Shown: in pieces, positions 46,813 through 57,197 of the stretch
How positions within the stretch are numbered: the stretch's first letter is position 1
Layout of the letters: every line of letters begins with the position of its first letter
Source of the DNA: Candidatus Magasanikiibacteriota bacterium
GTDB taxonomy: Bacteria; Patescibacteriota; Patescibacteriia; Magasanikbacterales; GWA2-37-8
Assembly: GCA_036744835.1 (NCBI GenBank)
Contig: DAIOHD010000001.1
Coordinates: forward strand, 736,064-800,063
DNA: 64,000 nt
Direction of reading: 5' to 3'
Translations under genes and position numbers: made by a program
The notes under the pieces: model-generated
Told to the model about the DNA's origin: nothing
Seen by the model: the letters and a program-made list of their open reading frames with translations, nothing else
The model's database searches: none

Positions 46813-46854
46813 AGCTTTTTTATTATAATATTTAAATAAATCGCAAATTAAAAT

Positions 46855-47040
46855 TTACCAGCTTGATTTGCGAACACCAGGAATTTTACCGTCATTGGCC
46901 AATTCGCGAAAACAAATACGGCACAAGCCGAATTTGCGAAAAAAGCCGTGCTGACGACCGCATTTCCAGCAACGACGCACTATTCTAGTGCTAAATTTTG
47001 GTTTACGATTTGATTTTGCTATTTGATTTTGTGTAGCCAT
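46855..47040 (-). CDS. rpsZ: 30S ribosomal protein S14 type Z (zinc-binding, 61 aa)
   Basis: [48 protein letters not shown]; C4 motif. Track ORF is 5'-extended. Confidence 0.85.
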   Translation of the reverse strand: MATQNQIAKSNRKPKFSTRIVRRCWKCGRQHGFFRKFGLCRICFRELANDGKIPGVRKSSW

Positions 47041-47050
47041 AAAATTATAA

Positions 47051-47593
47051 TTATTTTGTAAATGGAAAGCCCAATAAAGATAATAGCGCTTTGCCTTCCT
47101 CTTTACTTTTGGCTGTAGTGGAAACAGTGATTTCCAAACCATGATTTTTTTCAATATCAGTTTGTTTAATTTCCGCAAAAGCTGTCATGTCCTTTAAACC
47201 AAAATTATAGTTACCTTGACGATCAAAAGATTTATCAGAAATACCTCTGAAGTCACGAACACGAGGAAAGGTAATGTTTAATAGTTTTTCCAAAAATTGA
47301 TACATTTTTGTACCGCGTAAAGTAACCATCGCTCCGATTTCCATACCTTCTCTTATTTTGAAGTTAGAAATTGATTGTTTGGCTTTGGTACGTACTGCTT
47401 TTTGACCGGAAATTTTAACCAGGTTTTTTTCCACCAATTCGGCAAAATTAGGTTCTTTTAAAAATCTGCCATAACCGACATTCAAAGTAACCTTGGTAAT
47501 TTTGGGAGATTGCATTATGCTTTTAAACCCAAATTCTTTTACCATGGCCGGAACTACTTCTTTTTTATATTTTTGATACAAAGTTGGAGTCAT
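47051..47593 (-). CDS. rplE: 50S ribosomal protein L5
   Basis: [23 protein letters not shown]... start placed at 47591-47593 (track ORF to 47632 overlaps rplX). Confidence 0.9.
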   Translation of the reverse strand: MTPTLYQKYKKEVVPAMVKEFGFKSIMQSPKITKVTLNVGYGRFLKEPNFAELVEKNLVKISGQKAVRTKAKQSISNFKIREGMEIGAMVTLRGTKMYQFLEKLLNITFPRVRDFRGISDKSFDRQGNYNFGLKDMTAFAEIKQTDIEKNHGLEITVSTTAKSKEEGKALLSLLGFPFTK

Positions 47594-47597
47594 ATTT

Positions 47598-47906
47598 TTA
47601 ATCAATAAACTGTTGACATTTTTTACAAACACGTTTTTTTTGTTCAGCTTCCTCTTTACAAGCTGATCTAACGGCTAAGCCGCATTTTGGACATATAATC
47701 TTAACATTGCTGGCATTAAACGGGGCCGGTAATTCAATAACTTGACCTTTTTCACCTTGTTTTCTGGCTCTCATATGTTTTTTTAACAAATTTACGCCTT
47801 CTACAACAATTTTATTTTCTTTTTTAAAAATTTGAATTACTTTGCCTTCTTTGCCTTTATCTTTTCCGGCAATTATTTTTACTCTGTCGTTGTTTTTAAT
47901 TTTCAT
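47598..47906 (-). CDS. rplX: 50S ribosomal protein L24 (KOW) with C-terminal C4 zinc-ribbon-like tail
   Basis: MKIKNNDRVKIIAGKDKGKEGKV KOW motif; C-terminus ICPKCGLAVRSACKEEAEQKKRVCKKCQ. Confidence 0.85.
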   Translation of the reverse strand: MKIKNNDRVKIIAGKDKGKEGKVIQIFKKENKIVVEGVNLLKKHMRARKQGEKGQVIELPAPFNASNVKIICPKCGLAVRSACKEEAEQKKRVCKKCQQFID

Positions 47907-47933
47907 AAGATATTTTTTAATTGCATTATTTGT

Positions 47934-48305
47934 TTACAAAACTTCCGGTGCCAAAGAAATAATCTTTTGAAAACCTTTGGTACGTAATTCACGAGCAACA
48001 GGACCAAAAATACGTGTTCCTTTCGGTTCTTTATTTTTTCTATCTACTACCACAGCCGCATTTTCATCAAAACGAATATAAGTACCGTCAGGACGACGAG
48101 TTTCTTTACGTATACGAACCAAAACAGCGTGTACCACTTCTCCTTTTTTAACCATACCGCGAGGAGCAGCTTGTTTTACAGAACAGGTAATAATCTCTCC
48201 TAAATGAGCATATCTTTTTTTATAACCTCCCAAAACACGAATACATTGTAATTTTTTGGCTCCGGAATTATCGGCCACCTCTAACATGGAACGATGTTGA
48301 ATCAT
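47934..48305 (-). CDS. rplN: 50S ribosomal protein L14
   Basis: [18 protein letters not shown]. Confidence 0.9.
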   Translation of the reverse strand: MIQHRSMLEVADNSGAKKLQCIRVLGGYKKRYAHLGEIITCSVKQAAPRGMVKKGEVVHAVLVRIRKETRRPDGTYIRFDENAAVVVDRKNKEPKGTRIFGPVARELRTKGFQKIISLAPEVL

Positions 48306-48317
48306 ATATTTCAAAAA

Positions 48318-48584
48318 TTATTTGTTTTCTTTAATCACAGCCACCAAACGCCACTTTTTGGTTTTGGATAACGGACGACATTCTACAAACTTTACCGTAT
48401 CACCTATTTTAGCGACTTTTTTCTCATCATGAACATGAAATTTTTTAGAAACACGATAAGACTTTTTATATTTTGGATGCATTTTCATCGTATCAATATT
48501 TACTACCAAAGTTTGCTTCATCGTATTAGAAACAACTTGACCGATAAAACTGCGCTTAATTTTATTTATAATTTTCTTTTCCAT
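48318..48584 (-). CDS. rpsQ: 30S ribosomal protein S17
   Basis: OB fold, GQVVSNTMKQTLVV...KFHVHDEKK. Confidence 0.9.
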   Translation of the reverse strand: MEKKIINKIKRSFIGQVVSNTMKQTLVVNIDTMKMHPKYKKSYRVSKKFHVHDEKKVAKIGDTVKFVECRPLSKTKKWRLVAVIKENK

Positions 48585-48594
48585 ACATCTTTAA

Positions 48595-48789
48595 TTATTT
48601 ATTTAAAAAGCGTAACTTTAGCTCGGTCTTAATCTGAGCGATAGTTTTTCTATTTTTAGAAATTTTATTATTTTGTTTCAAACTTTGAGCTCCGGCTTTA
48701 AAGCGCAAAACTCGCAATTCTTCTTTTAATTCCTCGACCAAAGCCAAAAGTTCTTCGGTGGCTTTAGTTTTAATTTCTTTAAAATCCAT
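48595..48789 (-). CDS. rpmC: 50S ribosomal protein L29
   Basis: 64 aa helical; TEELLALVEELKEELRVLRFK. Confidence 0.85.
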   Translation of the reverse strand: MDFKEIKTKATEELLALVEELKEELRVLRFKAGAQSLKQNNKISKNRKTIAQIKTELKLRFLNK

Positions 48790-48809
48790 ACGCTTCTTAA
48801 TAAATTATA

Positions 48810-49220
48810 TTATTTTGAAATTAATCTTGTTTTGACTCCCAATTTATGACCGGCTAATTTCATTGCTTCAGCAACTAAATCTTTTTCTACTCCACCCATT
48901 TCAAAAATTACAGTCCCGGGCTTAATCACAGCTACATAATGATCCGGAGAACCCTTCCCTCCGCCCATAGGAGTTTCGTTACCTTTTTGAGTCACCGGTT
49001 TATCCGGAAAAATACGAATCCAAATTTTTCCACCACGACGAACATAGCGAGTCAAAACACGTCTGGCGGCTTCAATTTGACGAGAAGTAATCCAGCCAAA
49101 ATCTTCCGATTTTAAACCAAATTCACCAAAAGCCAAATTATTGGCACGAGTAGCAATGCCTTTTTGGCGACTGCGTCCTTTTTGCCATTTACGATGTAAA
49201 ACTTTTTTAGGTAACAACAT
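48810..49220 (-). CDS. rplP: 50S ribosomal protein L16
   Basis: [16 protein letters not shown]... Confidence 0.9.
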   Translation of the reverse strand: MLLPKKVLHRKWQKGRSRQKGIATRANNLAFGEFGLKSEDFGWITSRQIEAARRVLTRYVRRGGKIWIRIFPDKPVTQKGNETPMGGGKGSPDHYVAVIKPGTVIFEMGGVEKDLVAEAMKLAGHKLGVKTRLISK

Positions 49221-49232
49221 ATATTTAAAAAA

Positions 49233-49907
49233 TTATTTCTTTTCTTCTCTTTTTTCAAATTTATCGCGACGACCAAAAGATTCTCCGTAATAAATCCAAA
49301 CTTTAACTCCTATTTTTCCGTAAATCGTGTGTGCTTCTTCAAAAGCATAGTCGACATCTGAACGTAAAGTAATAAGTGACATTTTTCCGGCAGAAAGATT
49401 TTCGCGACGGGCAATTTCCACTCCGTTCAAACGACCGGCCATATTTATTTTTACTCCTTTGGCACCGGCTGCCATCACTTTTTCCAAAACTTGTTTCATA
49501 ACACGACGAAAAGGCATACGCTTTTCAATTTCCGCTACAGCATTCAAAGCTACCACTTTAGCCGACAAAGCCGGTTGTTTAACAGGCAAAACATTAATTT
49601 TAACTTTTAATTTTAAACCCAAATATTTCTTTTCAATTTCTTTACGAAGATCTTCCAATCCCTGACCGCTACGACCAATAATCACACCTGGTTTGGCTGC
49701 TAAAATAGTTATAACCATTTCTTTTTCAGTACGTTCAAAACAAATAGAATCCATGCCAGCTTCTTTTAATTTCTTTTCCAAAAAAGATCTAATACCTACT
49801 TCTTGTTTCAAAAAAAGTGATAATTGTTCTTTTTTACCAAACCATCTAGAATCCCAAGTATAAATATTGGGAATGCGATAAATTTTCGGGTGTACTTTGT
49901 GTCCCAT
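49233..49907 (-). CDS. rpsC: 30S ribosomal protein S3
   Basis: MGHKVHPKIYRIP..., KH domain. Start at 49905-49907 (track ORF to 49949 overlaps rplV). Confidence 0.9.
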   Translation of the reverse strand: MGHKVHPKIYRIPNIYTWDSRWFGKKEQLSLFLKQEVGIRSFLEKKLKEAGMDSICFERTEKEMVITILAAKPGVIIGRSGQGLEDLRKEIEKKYLGLKLKVKINVLPVKQPALSAKVVALNAVAEIEKRMPFRRVMKQVLEKVMAAGAKGVKINMAGRLNGVEIARRENLSAGKMSLITLRSDVDYAFEEAHTIYGKIGVKVWIYYGESFGRRDKFEKREEKK

Positions 49908-49917
49908 AGTTTTAAAA

Positions 49918-50292
49918 TTATTTTTTAACTTTTTTCTCTTTTTTAACAATCTTTTCTACAGATATTAAAAATATCGTAACATGAGAAGTTCTCTCTCGAA
50001 TTGGAGTGGCACGACCATGGGCTTTCGGCATCCAGCGTTTTAACATTGGTCCACCATCTACAGTAATATTTTTTATTTTTAAACTATCTTCTTCCAATTT
50101 AAAATTATTTTTAGCATTGGCTATGGCTGAATTAAGCAATTTTAAAATTGGTCTAGCCGCTCTTTTGTTTGTAAGAGAAAGGATGTCTTGGGCTTTTTTG
50201 ACAGAACGTCCTTTTACTAAGTCCGTAACTAAACGCACTTTTCTAGGTCCCATTCTCAAAAATCTCAATTTTGCTATAATTTCCTGATTCAT
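49918..50292 (-). CDS. rplV: 50S ribosomal protein L22
   Basis: AKLRFLRMGPRKVRLVTDLVKGRSV. Confidence 0.9.
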   Translation of the reverse strand: MNQEIIAKLRFLRMGPRKVRLVTDLVKGRSVKKAQDILSLTNKRAARPILKLLNSAIANAKNNFKLEEDSLKIKNITVDGGPMLKRWMPKAHGRATPIRERTSHVTIFLISVEKIVKKEKKVKK

Positions 50293-50300
50293 ATATTTTT

Positions 50301-50621
50301 TTATTTTTTAGCCGCTGGTGCAGCAGCAGTGGCAGTAGCACCGGTTGCCTGATCTTTGGCCATTTTACCACCATGACGAATAAATTTCTTGGTTGGCGCA
50401 AATTCTCCCAAACGATGTCCGACCATATTTTCCTCAACAAAAACAGTCAAAAAATCTTTTCCATTATGTACTGAAAAAGTTGTACCTACCATTTCCGGAG
50501 AAATAACACAAGCACGAGACCAGGTTTTAATCGGCTGATGTTTACCACTTTCTTTCATGGTCATTACTTTTTTTAGGACACGCGGATCAATGTAAGGTCC
50601 TTTTTTTAAACTTCTAGACAT
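50301..50621 (-). CDS. rpsS: 30S ribosomal protein S19 (Ala-rich C-terminal tail)
   Basis: [18 protein letters not shown]...[13 protein letters not shown]. Confidence 0.9.
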   Translation of the reverse strand: MSRSLKKGPYIDPRVLKKVMTMKESGKHQPIKTWSRACVISPEMVGTTFSVHNGKDFLTVFVEENMVGHRLGEFAPTKKFIRHGGKMAKDQATGATATAAAPAAKK

Positions 50622-50632
50622 ATTTTAAATTA

Positions 50633-51478
50633 TTAAGCTGTTTTTTTAACACGTTTTTTAACAATAAATTTATCGCTCCATTTTCCAGGCTGACGAGTAC
50701 GCACACCCAAAGCGGCTTTACCATACACAGTACGTGGACCTCTTTTTTGACCAATAGGAGAATGTCCTTCACCACCACCATGTGGGTGATCAACCGGATT
50801 CATGTTTTTGCCTTTTACCCTAGGTTTAATTCCACGATGATACATACGCCCAGCCTTTCCCCAACGGATAAGACGACGATCAGCGTTACTCAAAGCACCA
50901 ATTGAAGCAAAACATTCTTTACGAATTTTTCTAATTTCCCCGGAAGGTAATTTAACAAGTGCATAATTTCCTTCAATTCCCATGAATTGAGAAGAAAGTC
51001 CGGCGCCACGAGCTAATTGCCCTCCTTTGCCAGGAGTAATTTCGATATTATAAATGAAAAGACCTACCGGAATTTGAGAAAAAGGCATACGATTGCCTAC
51101 TTTAGATTCTATCAATTTTGTTGAAGCCATAACTTTATCCCCTACTTTGAGTCCTTCCGGAGCCAAAATATAAGATTTGGTTTTATCGGCATATTCTATC
51201 AAAGCGATTCTCGGGCCACGATTAGGATCATATTCAATAGCCAAAACTTCAGCTGGAATATCAAATTTTTGTTGTTTAAAATCAACCAAACGATAAAGTT
51301 TTTTAGCTCCCCCTCTTTTGTGTCGCACCGTAATTATACCTTGATTATTACGACCAGATTTTGGACGCAAAATAGTAACCAAAGATTTTTCTGGATTTTT
51401 TTTCGTAATATCAGAAAAAGAATCAACGCTACTAATACGACGACCGGCGGTAGTTGGTTTGTAAACTTTAATAGGCAT
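50633..51478 (-). CDS. rplB: 50S ribosomal protein L2
   Basis: 281 aa; GRNNQGIITVRHKRGG...HPHGGGEG. Confidence 0.95.
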   Translation of the reverse strand: MPIKVYKPTTAGRRISSVDSFSDITKKNPEKSLVTILRPKSGRNNQGIITVRHKRGGAKKLYRLVDFKQQKFDIPAEVLAIEYDPNRGPRIALIEYADKTKSYILAPEGLKVGDKVMASTKLIESKVGNRMPFSQIPVGLFIYNIEITPGKGGQLARGAGLSSQFMGIEGNYALVKLPSGEIRKIRKECFASIGALSNADRRLIRWGKAGRMYHRGIKPRVKGKNMNPVDHPHGGGEGHSPIGQKRGPRTVYGKAALGVRTRQPGKWSDKFIVKKRVKKTA

Positions 51479-51523
51479 ACTTTTTATTATTTATTTCGTA
51501 TATTTTCGTACTTTTGTGAGTAA

Positions 51524-51838
51524 TTAAACACCTTCGTGAGTTATGGTCTGTCCGGAAGCCAAAGTTACAATGGCTTTTTTTGTATCAACCCTTTTTCCAA
51601 CAGTTCGTCCACGATAAACCTTTTTGCCTTCCAAATTAAGAATATTTACATTTACCGGCTTAACTTTATAAATTTCTTCTATCGCTTTTTTAATTTGTCC
51701 TTTGGTGGCATTGCGACTAACAAAAAAACCATATTTATTTTTTGATGCCTCAATCGCCATCTTTTCAGTTATTACCGGACGTAAGATAACTTTTGGTGCA
51801 ATTTTGGTTTTTATCTCTTTTTTATTTTCATTTGTCAT
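51524..51838 (-). CDS. rplW: 50S ribosomal protein L23
   Basis: VILRPVITEKMAIEASKNKYGFFVSRNATKGQIKKAIEEIYKVKP. Confidence 0.9.
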   Translation of the reverse strand: MTNENKKEIKTKIAPKVILRPVITEKMAIEASKNKYGFFVSRNATKGQIKKAIEEIYKVKPVNVNILNLEGKKVYRGRTVGKRVDTKKAIVTLASGQTITHEGV

Positions 51839-51860
51839 ATGCTTTACAAAATCTTAAAAA

Positions 51861-52490
51861 TTATTTAACCAAAATTTCCGTCAACTGTTCTAATCCTTTT
51901 TTACTAACAATCACAGCTTCTCTATTTAAAAGAGATAAAACATTTACGTCTTTGGCACGAATAGTATTTACTTTTTTAATGTTTTGACTCATTTTTACCA
52001 AATTTTTATTACTTTCATCATTTAATAATAGAAAGTTTTTGTTTTTGGCAGGGAGATTTTTCAAAAATTCTGCAACTGTTTTTGTTTTAGGCTTTTCAAA
52101 AGAGAAATCTTCCACCACATACAAAGCACCGTTTTGAGCCTTATCGGTCAAACACATTTTTAAAGCCAAACGTCTGGTATCTTTGTTAATTTTGGTTTTC
52201 CAATTTCTTTCACTGGTTGGACCAAAAATAACAGCTCCACCTCGCCAAATAGGTGAACGTATAGAACCGTGACGAGCTCGGCCAGTACCTTTTTGAGCCC
52301 ATGGTTTTTTACCACCACCACGCACTTCGCTACGATTTTTGGTGTGAGCTATTGATTCTCGTTGATTTCCGGACTGAGAAACAAAAACTTGATGAACAAC
52401 TTCCGGTTTAATTTTAACGGCAAAAATAGCGTCGTTTAATTCGACTTCGCCGATTTCTTTACCTAGAATATTATAAACTACTGTTTTCAT
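51861..52490 (-). CDS. rplD: 50S ribosomal protein L4
   Basis: VRGGGKKPWAQKGTGRARHGSIRSPIWRGGAVIFGP. Confidence 0.9.
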   Translation of the reverse strand: MKTVVYNILGKEIGEVELNDAIFAVKIKPEVVHQVFVSQSGNQRESIAHTKNRSEVRGGGKKPWAQKGTGRARHGSIRSPIWRGGAVIFGPTSERNWKTKINKDTRRLALKMCLTDKAQNGALYVVEDFSFEKPKTKTVAEFLKNLPAKNKNFLLLNDESNKNLVKMSQNIKKVNTIRAKDVNVLSLLNREAVIVSKKGLEQLTEILVK

Positions 52491-52503
52491 ATAATTTCAA
52501 ATA

Positions 52504-53229
52504 TTAAGCGTTATTTTCTGCCGACACTTCCGAAACATTGTTTTCCGTAACTTGAACTTCGACCTCTTTATTTTCCACTTTTTCTTCAATTGCCGATTTT
52601 TTATTAATTTTCAAATCGCCTTGGCCTTTGATAATTATCAAACCATTGCGACCGCCCGGCACCGCTCCTTTTATATATAAAATATTGTCCTGTGGATTAA
52701 CTTCCACAATTTCTAAATTTTTTATGGTTACTTGCTCTCCTCCCATACGCCCACCCATACGCATACCTTTAAAAACTCTCTGTACGCCACCAGCACCGAT
52801 AGAACCAGGCATTCTCAAATTATCTTTATGACCATGAGAAGCCGGACCACCGCGAAAATGATGTCTCTTAACCACACCAGCAAAACCACGTCCTTTGGAA
52901 AAACCAACAACATCCACAACATCGCCGGAAACAAAAGTATCAACAGCGATAAAATCTCCTTTTTCTATATTTTCTACTTTATCCAAAGCAAAATCCTTCA
53001 AAAAACGAACCGGCGATAAACCTTTTAAATGTCCGGCTTGCGGTTTTTTTAAACGAAACTCTTTCTTTTCTCCAAAGCCAATTTGGATCGCTTTTTGATT
53101 GTCTTTTTCTCCATCTTTTACTTGTACAACAACACAAGGACCAGCTTTAATTTTAGTTACCGGCACTACTTCACCATTTGGTAAAAATACCTGTGTCATT
53201 TCTAATTTTTGTCCTAAAATAAATTTCAT
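52504..53229 (-). CDS. rplC: 50S ribosomal protein L3 (with extended C-terminus)
   Basis: MKFILGQKLEMTQVF...FKGMRMGGRMGGEQVTIKNLEIV. Confidence 0.9.
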   Translation of the reverse strand: MKFILGQKLEMTQVFLPNGEVVPVTKIKAGPCVVVQVKDGEKDNQKAIQIGFGEKKEFRLKKPQAGHLKGLSPVRFLKDFALDKVENIEKGDFIAVDTFVSGDVVDVVGFSKGRGFAGVVKRHHFRGGPASHGHKDNLRMPGSIGAGGVQRVFKGMRMGGRMGGEQVTIKNLEIVEVNPQDNILYIKGAVPGGRNGLIIIKGQGDLKINKKSAIEEKVENKEVEVQVTENNVSEVSAENNA

Positions 53230-53533
53230 AAATATTTAACGTCATTGGCCTCTTATTTTTTTGGGAAAAACAAGGTGCTTAACAAAAAAACTAGAAGCGC
53301 TAACATCGATTAATATCAATGATACTGCTTCTAGCCCTTTTCTGCCAAAAATTTAATCTAAAACAAAATGGCAGAAACTCTAAACTTTAGAGTTTTGGCT
53401 TGTAACAATACATTTATATCTGTTAGCGATTTCCTTTCTTTTGATATTATCTTTGATCTTTCGTCTAAAGGTTTTTATCCGCCAAAACGGACAATCTTAT
53501 TTAGCTAAAGATTTGATAACAAAATTTTGCCCT

Positions 53534-53562
53534 ATCTTAAACATATTTTTCGTTTTTGTCAA
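53534..53562 (-). promoter_or_regulatory. candidate internal sigma70-type promoter on minus strand (TTGACA-17 bp-TAAGAT) heading a ~300-nt structured leader before rplC
   Basis: Reverse complement of 53557-53562 is TTGACA; of 53534-53539 is TAAGAT; 17-nt spacer. Confidence 0.35.
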
Positions 53563-53603
53563 GGGCCCTTCTTTACTTCTTTGTAAATAACTTTTTATTT
53601 AAA

Positions 53604-53945
53604 CTACATTTTTATTTCCACATCCACACCTGACGGCAAATTGAGACTCATCAGAGCATCAATGCATTTGGCCGAAGCATCCATGATATCAATCAATCTT
53701 TTATGCACACGCATTTCATATTGTTCGCGAGCGTCTTTATGCACAAAAGTCGAACGATTTACGGTAAATTTATTTACTTCGGTTGGTAGCGGTACTGGGC
53801 CAATAACTTTGGCATCGTTACGCTGAGCCGTTTCAATGATGGTTTTGGTTGCTTGATCGATAATTTTATTATCGTAAGCGCGGATCTTGATTCTGATTCG
53901 ACTAACCTCAACACTTTTCTTGATTGTCGGTTTTTTTTCTGTCAT
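53604..53945 (-). CDS. rpsJ: 30S ribosomal protein S10
   Basis: Start at MTEKKPTIKK... (IRIKIRAYDNKIIDQ...) (track ORF 5'-extended to 53996). Confidence 0.9.
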   Translation of the reverse strand: MTEKKPTIKKSVEVSRIRIKIRAYDNKIIDQATKTIIETAQRNDAKVIGPVPLPTEVNKFTVNRSTFVHKDAREQYEMRVHKRLIDIMDASAKCIDALMSLNLPSGVDVEIKM

Positions 53946-54009
53946 GTGATTAACATTAAAGAACTTTATAGTCCAAGGGGGCGCAATTTCTTGCACCCCC
54001 TCGTCTATA

Positions 54010-55200
54010 TTATTTAATAATTTTTGTTACTACTCCAGCACCTACAGTACGACCACCTTCACGAATAGCGAAGTTCATCTTATCTTCCATAGCTACCGGT
54101 TTAATAAGCTTCACAACTAGATTAACGGTATCACCAGGCATAACCATTTCAGTGCCGGCAGGTAAAGTAACTTCACCTGTTACATCAGTAGTACGAATAT
54201 AAAATTGAGGTTTATATCCGTTAAAGAATGGTTTATGACGACCGCCTTCTTCTTGTTTCAAAACGTAAATTTGAGCTTCGTATTCGGTATGAGGAGTAAT
54301 AGAACCAGGTTTGGCTAAAACCATACCTCTTTCTACATCTTCTTTTTTAGTACCGCGAAGAAGTAATCCGGCGTTATCTCCAGCTTGACCTTCTTTAAGT
54401 TGTTTATTAAACATTTCAATACCGGTTATTACGGTTTTGGAAGTTTCTTCTTTCAAACCAACAATCTCAATTTCATCATTAACATGGATAATACCACGTT
54501 CAATACGACCAGTAACTACAGTACCACGGCCTTCAATAGAAAATACATCTTCAACTGGCATCAAGAAAGGTTTTTCAACATCACGTTGAGGAGTTGGAAT
54601 GTATTCATCAACCGCTTTCATCAAATCCATAATAGGTTTGATGGCAGTTTCATCAGTTGGATTTTCCAAAGCTTTCAAAGCGGAACCACGAATAATAGGA
54701 GTGGTGTCACCAGGAAATTTATATTTTTTGAGCAAATCACGAACTTCTGCTTCTACCAAATCAATCAATTCCGGATCAGAAACTTGATCAACTTTGTTTA
54801 AGAAAACAATAATATAAGGCACACCTACTTGACGAGCAAGCACAATGTGTTCGCGAGTTTGAGGCATCGGACCGTCAGTAGCGGAAACTACAAGAATAGC
54901 ACCGTCCATTTGAGCAGCACCTGTAATCATGTTTTTCACATAATCAGCATGTCCAGGACAATCAACATGAGCGTAGTGACGAGCTTCTGATTCATATTCT
55001 ACATGGGCAGTAGAAATAGTAATACCACGAGCTTTTGATTCTGGAGCTTTGTCCAAATCATCAACGCCCTTATTTTGAGCGGCCAAACCTTTTGCAGCTA
55101 AAGTCTGCAAAATAGCGGCGGTAAGAGTTGTTTTGCCATGGTCAACGTGGCCGATAGTGCCGATGTTGACGTGTGGCTTACTTCTAACAAACTCAGCCAT
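54010..55200 (-). CDS. tuf: elongation factor Tu
   Basis: [30 protein letters not shown]...; start at 55198-55200. Confidence 0.95.
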   Translation of the reverse strand: MAEFVRSKPHVNIGTIGHVDHGKTTLTAAILQTLAAKGLAAQNKGVDDLDKAPESKARGITISTAHVEYESEARHYAHVDCPGHADYVKNMITGAAQMDGAILVVSATDGPMPQTREHIVLARQVGVPYIIVFLNKVDQVSDPELIDLVEAEVRDLLKKYKFPGDTTPIIRGSALKALENPTDETAIKPIMDLMKAVDEYIPTPQRDVEKPFLMPVEDVFSIEGRGTVVTGRIERGIIHVNDEIEIVGLKEETSKTVITGIEMFNKQLKEGQAGDNAGLLLRGTKKEDVERGMVLAKPGSITPHTEYEAQIYVLKQEEGGRHKPFFNGYKPQFYIRTTDVTGEVTLPAGTEMVMPGDTVNLVVKLIKPVAMEDKMNFAIREGGRTVGAGVVTKIIK

Positions 55201-55475
55201 ATTGGTTAACATAAATATTGCGGTACTCTGCCCGAGTGGTCGAGCTTAAGTTTTGTAATCCAACCGCGAAAAAATATTTTTAAATTAAAAAATGTTATCA
55301 AACAACAGCTCCTAATCTATAATTTAGATTAATAGCTTTTTTTTAATAGCTTTTGCATTATAACAGATTATTTATTTTTTGGCAAGAGGGCAGATGTGGA
55401 CATTTTGTGCACCGTTTAGCCACCCTCTATTTTGCTTATTGCTTATGACTTATCGTTTTATATATGCTATATGCT

Positions 55476-56057
55476 TTATTCAACTGGTTCTAAATAAAAT
55501 CTTTCTTCTTCCTCCGGAATGCCAGCTAGGTCTTCTTCTTGAAAAAAAGCATTGTTAAAAAACTCTTGATCGGGATCATTCTTTTTACGTAATTTTTGTT
55601 CAATTTCCTCTTTTTTTATATCACGACGGCGAAATAAATCTTGAGTGTCAAGAACATCTTTTAAAGAAGATAGACCGGGGCCAAGTGGTTTTTTTCTCTC
55701 AATACGGGCAAAATTTTCAAAATCAACATTTTTTCTATCTTCTTTGATAAATTGTTCTACGGCTTTTTCAATGCTATTTTTTTCTCTATTTTTACGTAAA
55801 ATTTCCTCGAATTCTTCATATTTTTGCTTTTCTTCCTGTAAGGAGTGCCAAAAAGCAATTTCTTTATTAACCTTTTCTAACATCTCTGTTTCATTAAGAT
55901 TAGCCACAATTTGACGATGCGTGCCTGCAGTTAAACGTTCGTATTCAAAAGCCGGTAAAATAACGTATAAATCACCATTTTCGCTATCAGCCAAAACCCC
56001 CCTACCTTCTGTTTGGCGTAATAATTTAAACAATTCTTTTAAAATTTTATTAAGCAT
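55476..56057 (-). CDS. hypothetical protein (charged, helical; no recognisable domain), co-oriented with and upstream of tuf
   Basis: 193-aa ORF; part of the island separating fusA from tuf. Confidence 0.45.
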   Translation of the reverse strand: MLNKILKELFKLLRQTEGRGVLADSENGDLYVILPAFEYERLTAGTHRQIVANLNETEMLEKVNKEIAFWHSLQEEKQKYEEFEEILRKNREKNSIEKAVEQFIKEDRKNVDFENFARIERKKPLGPGLSSLKDVLDTQDLFRRRDIKKEEIEQKLRKKNDPDQEFFNNAFFQEEDLAGIPEEEERFYLEPVE

Positions 56058-56246
56058 ACAAATAATTATTTAAAAAGTTTTTTAATTGTAGCATTGATTA
56101 GCAAAAAGTCAAGCCGGACTTCGGAATATAGACTACGATGATACGAAATATTGGCTATTTTGCTTTTTTTTGATTTTGTGATAAAATATTTATAGAATTA
56201 AAAAATCTATTTTGGCTAATTTTAGCTAAAATACAACAAAAAGGCC

Positions 56247-56275
56247 TTGACAAAAATGCTAAAATGTGCTATAAT
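56247..56275 (+). promoter_or_regulatory. perfect-consensus sigma70 promoter TTGACA-17 bp-TATAAT driving the plus-strand island genes
   Basis: -35 at 56247-56252, -10 at 56270-56275. The track ORF ATG at 56247 lies inside this promoter, so the CDS start is more likely the downstream MEFLKK. Confidence 0.5.
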
Positions 56276-56309
56276 TAAACGTTATATAGCTAAGATTAAA
56301 CAAAAAAAT

Positions 56310-57167
56310 ATGGAATTTTTAAAAAAATCATTTGAAACAATAAAAAATAAAATCAATTCTCAAGAAAAAAAATCCAAAACTTGGGAATCCAAAATCGGCA
56401 ACTTAAGTAAAGAATATTTAAGCAATCTTGAAAACGACTTTACTCAACTAAACGCCGAGGTTTTAAAAACAAAAATAAAATTTCTCGGCAAAACAGAAAG
56501 TGGCGAATCAATATTAACTTCAGGATTTTCCAGAAAAGAATTGGTCTCACCAAAAGAAATCGGGGAAACCGAAGGTGGTGGTGTAATTTATGAACATTCA
56601 CCTCTTTATAATTTTATAAAAGAAGCGGTTGAACTAACAAAAAACTGGCAAGAAAAAATAACTTCTGAAAAATTAACCGACGAAGAAAAAAAGATTTTAA
56701 ACAATACCTTAAAAATAAAAATTCAAAGTTTAAAAAACAGCTTATTTGACATTCGCCATCAAGCAGATCCCGATAAAGCCAAAAAAGATGTTTTAAAGAA
56801 AGCAAAACTATATTTTCACGAAGAAGGTTTAAAAACAAACGAACTAAGTAATATTGATGAATGTATTGCTAAAATTCAAAACTTAGCCGAAACTTATAGT
56901 CCAGAAGAAAGCAGTGATGATTCTATTCGCCAAGCCGTAATTTTGATAGGCAGAATTTCCACTGAAGAAAAAACCGAACCCAAAAAACTGATCTTTGATT
57001 TAAAAAGTATTTTTTCCAATCCAGACAAAAAAGATATTGAAACTTTTTATGAAAAATTGCTTGGTTTTTTTGATACTGTGGAAAATATTCAAAAAAATCA
57101 AACTAGCTCGATTTTAAAAGATGATGAAACTCAAATCATGGGACCACCGCCAGCTTTTAATGCTTAA
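56310..57167 (+). CDS. hypothetical protein (285 aa from MEFLKKSF...), helical, no recognisable domain
   Basis: Long ORF downstream of consensus promoter. Confidence 0.5.
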   Translation: MEFLKKSFETIKNKINSQEKKSKTWESKIGNLSKEYLSNLENDFTQLNAEVLKTKIKFLGKTESGESILTSGFSRKELVSPKEIGETEGGGVIYEHSPLYNFIKEAVELTKNWQEKITSEKLTDEEKKILNNTLKIKIQSLKNSLFDIRHQADPDKAKKDVLKKAKLYFHEEGLKTNELSNIDECIAKIQNLAETYSPEESSDDSIRQAVILIGRISTEEKTEPKKLIFDLKSIFSNPDKKDIETFYEKLLGFFDTVENIQKNQTSSILKDDETQIMGPPPAFNA

Positions 57168-57197
57168 AATTATAAATAATTTAACCTAACAAATTAT

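Noticed and set aside
55225-55280. tRNA-like D-arm motif (gcccgagtggtcgagc) closed by gcggt/accgc upstream of tuf
   Set aside because: Only ~50 nt; cannot be completed into a cloverleaf (no T-arm or anticodon arm). Not called a tRNA. Could be a remnant or a leader hairpin.
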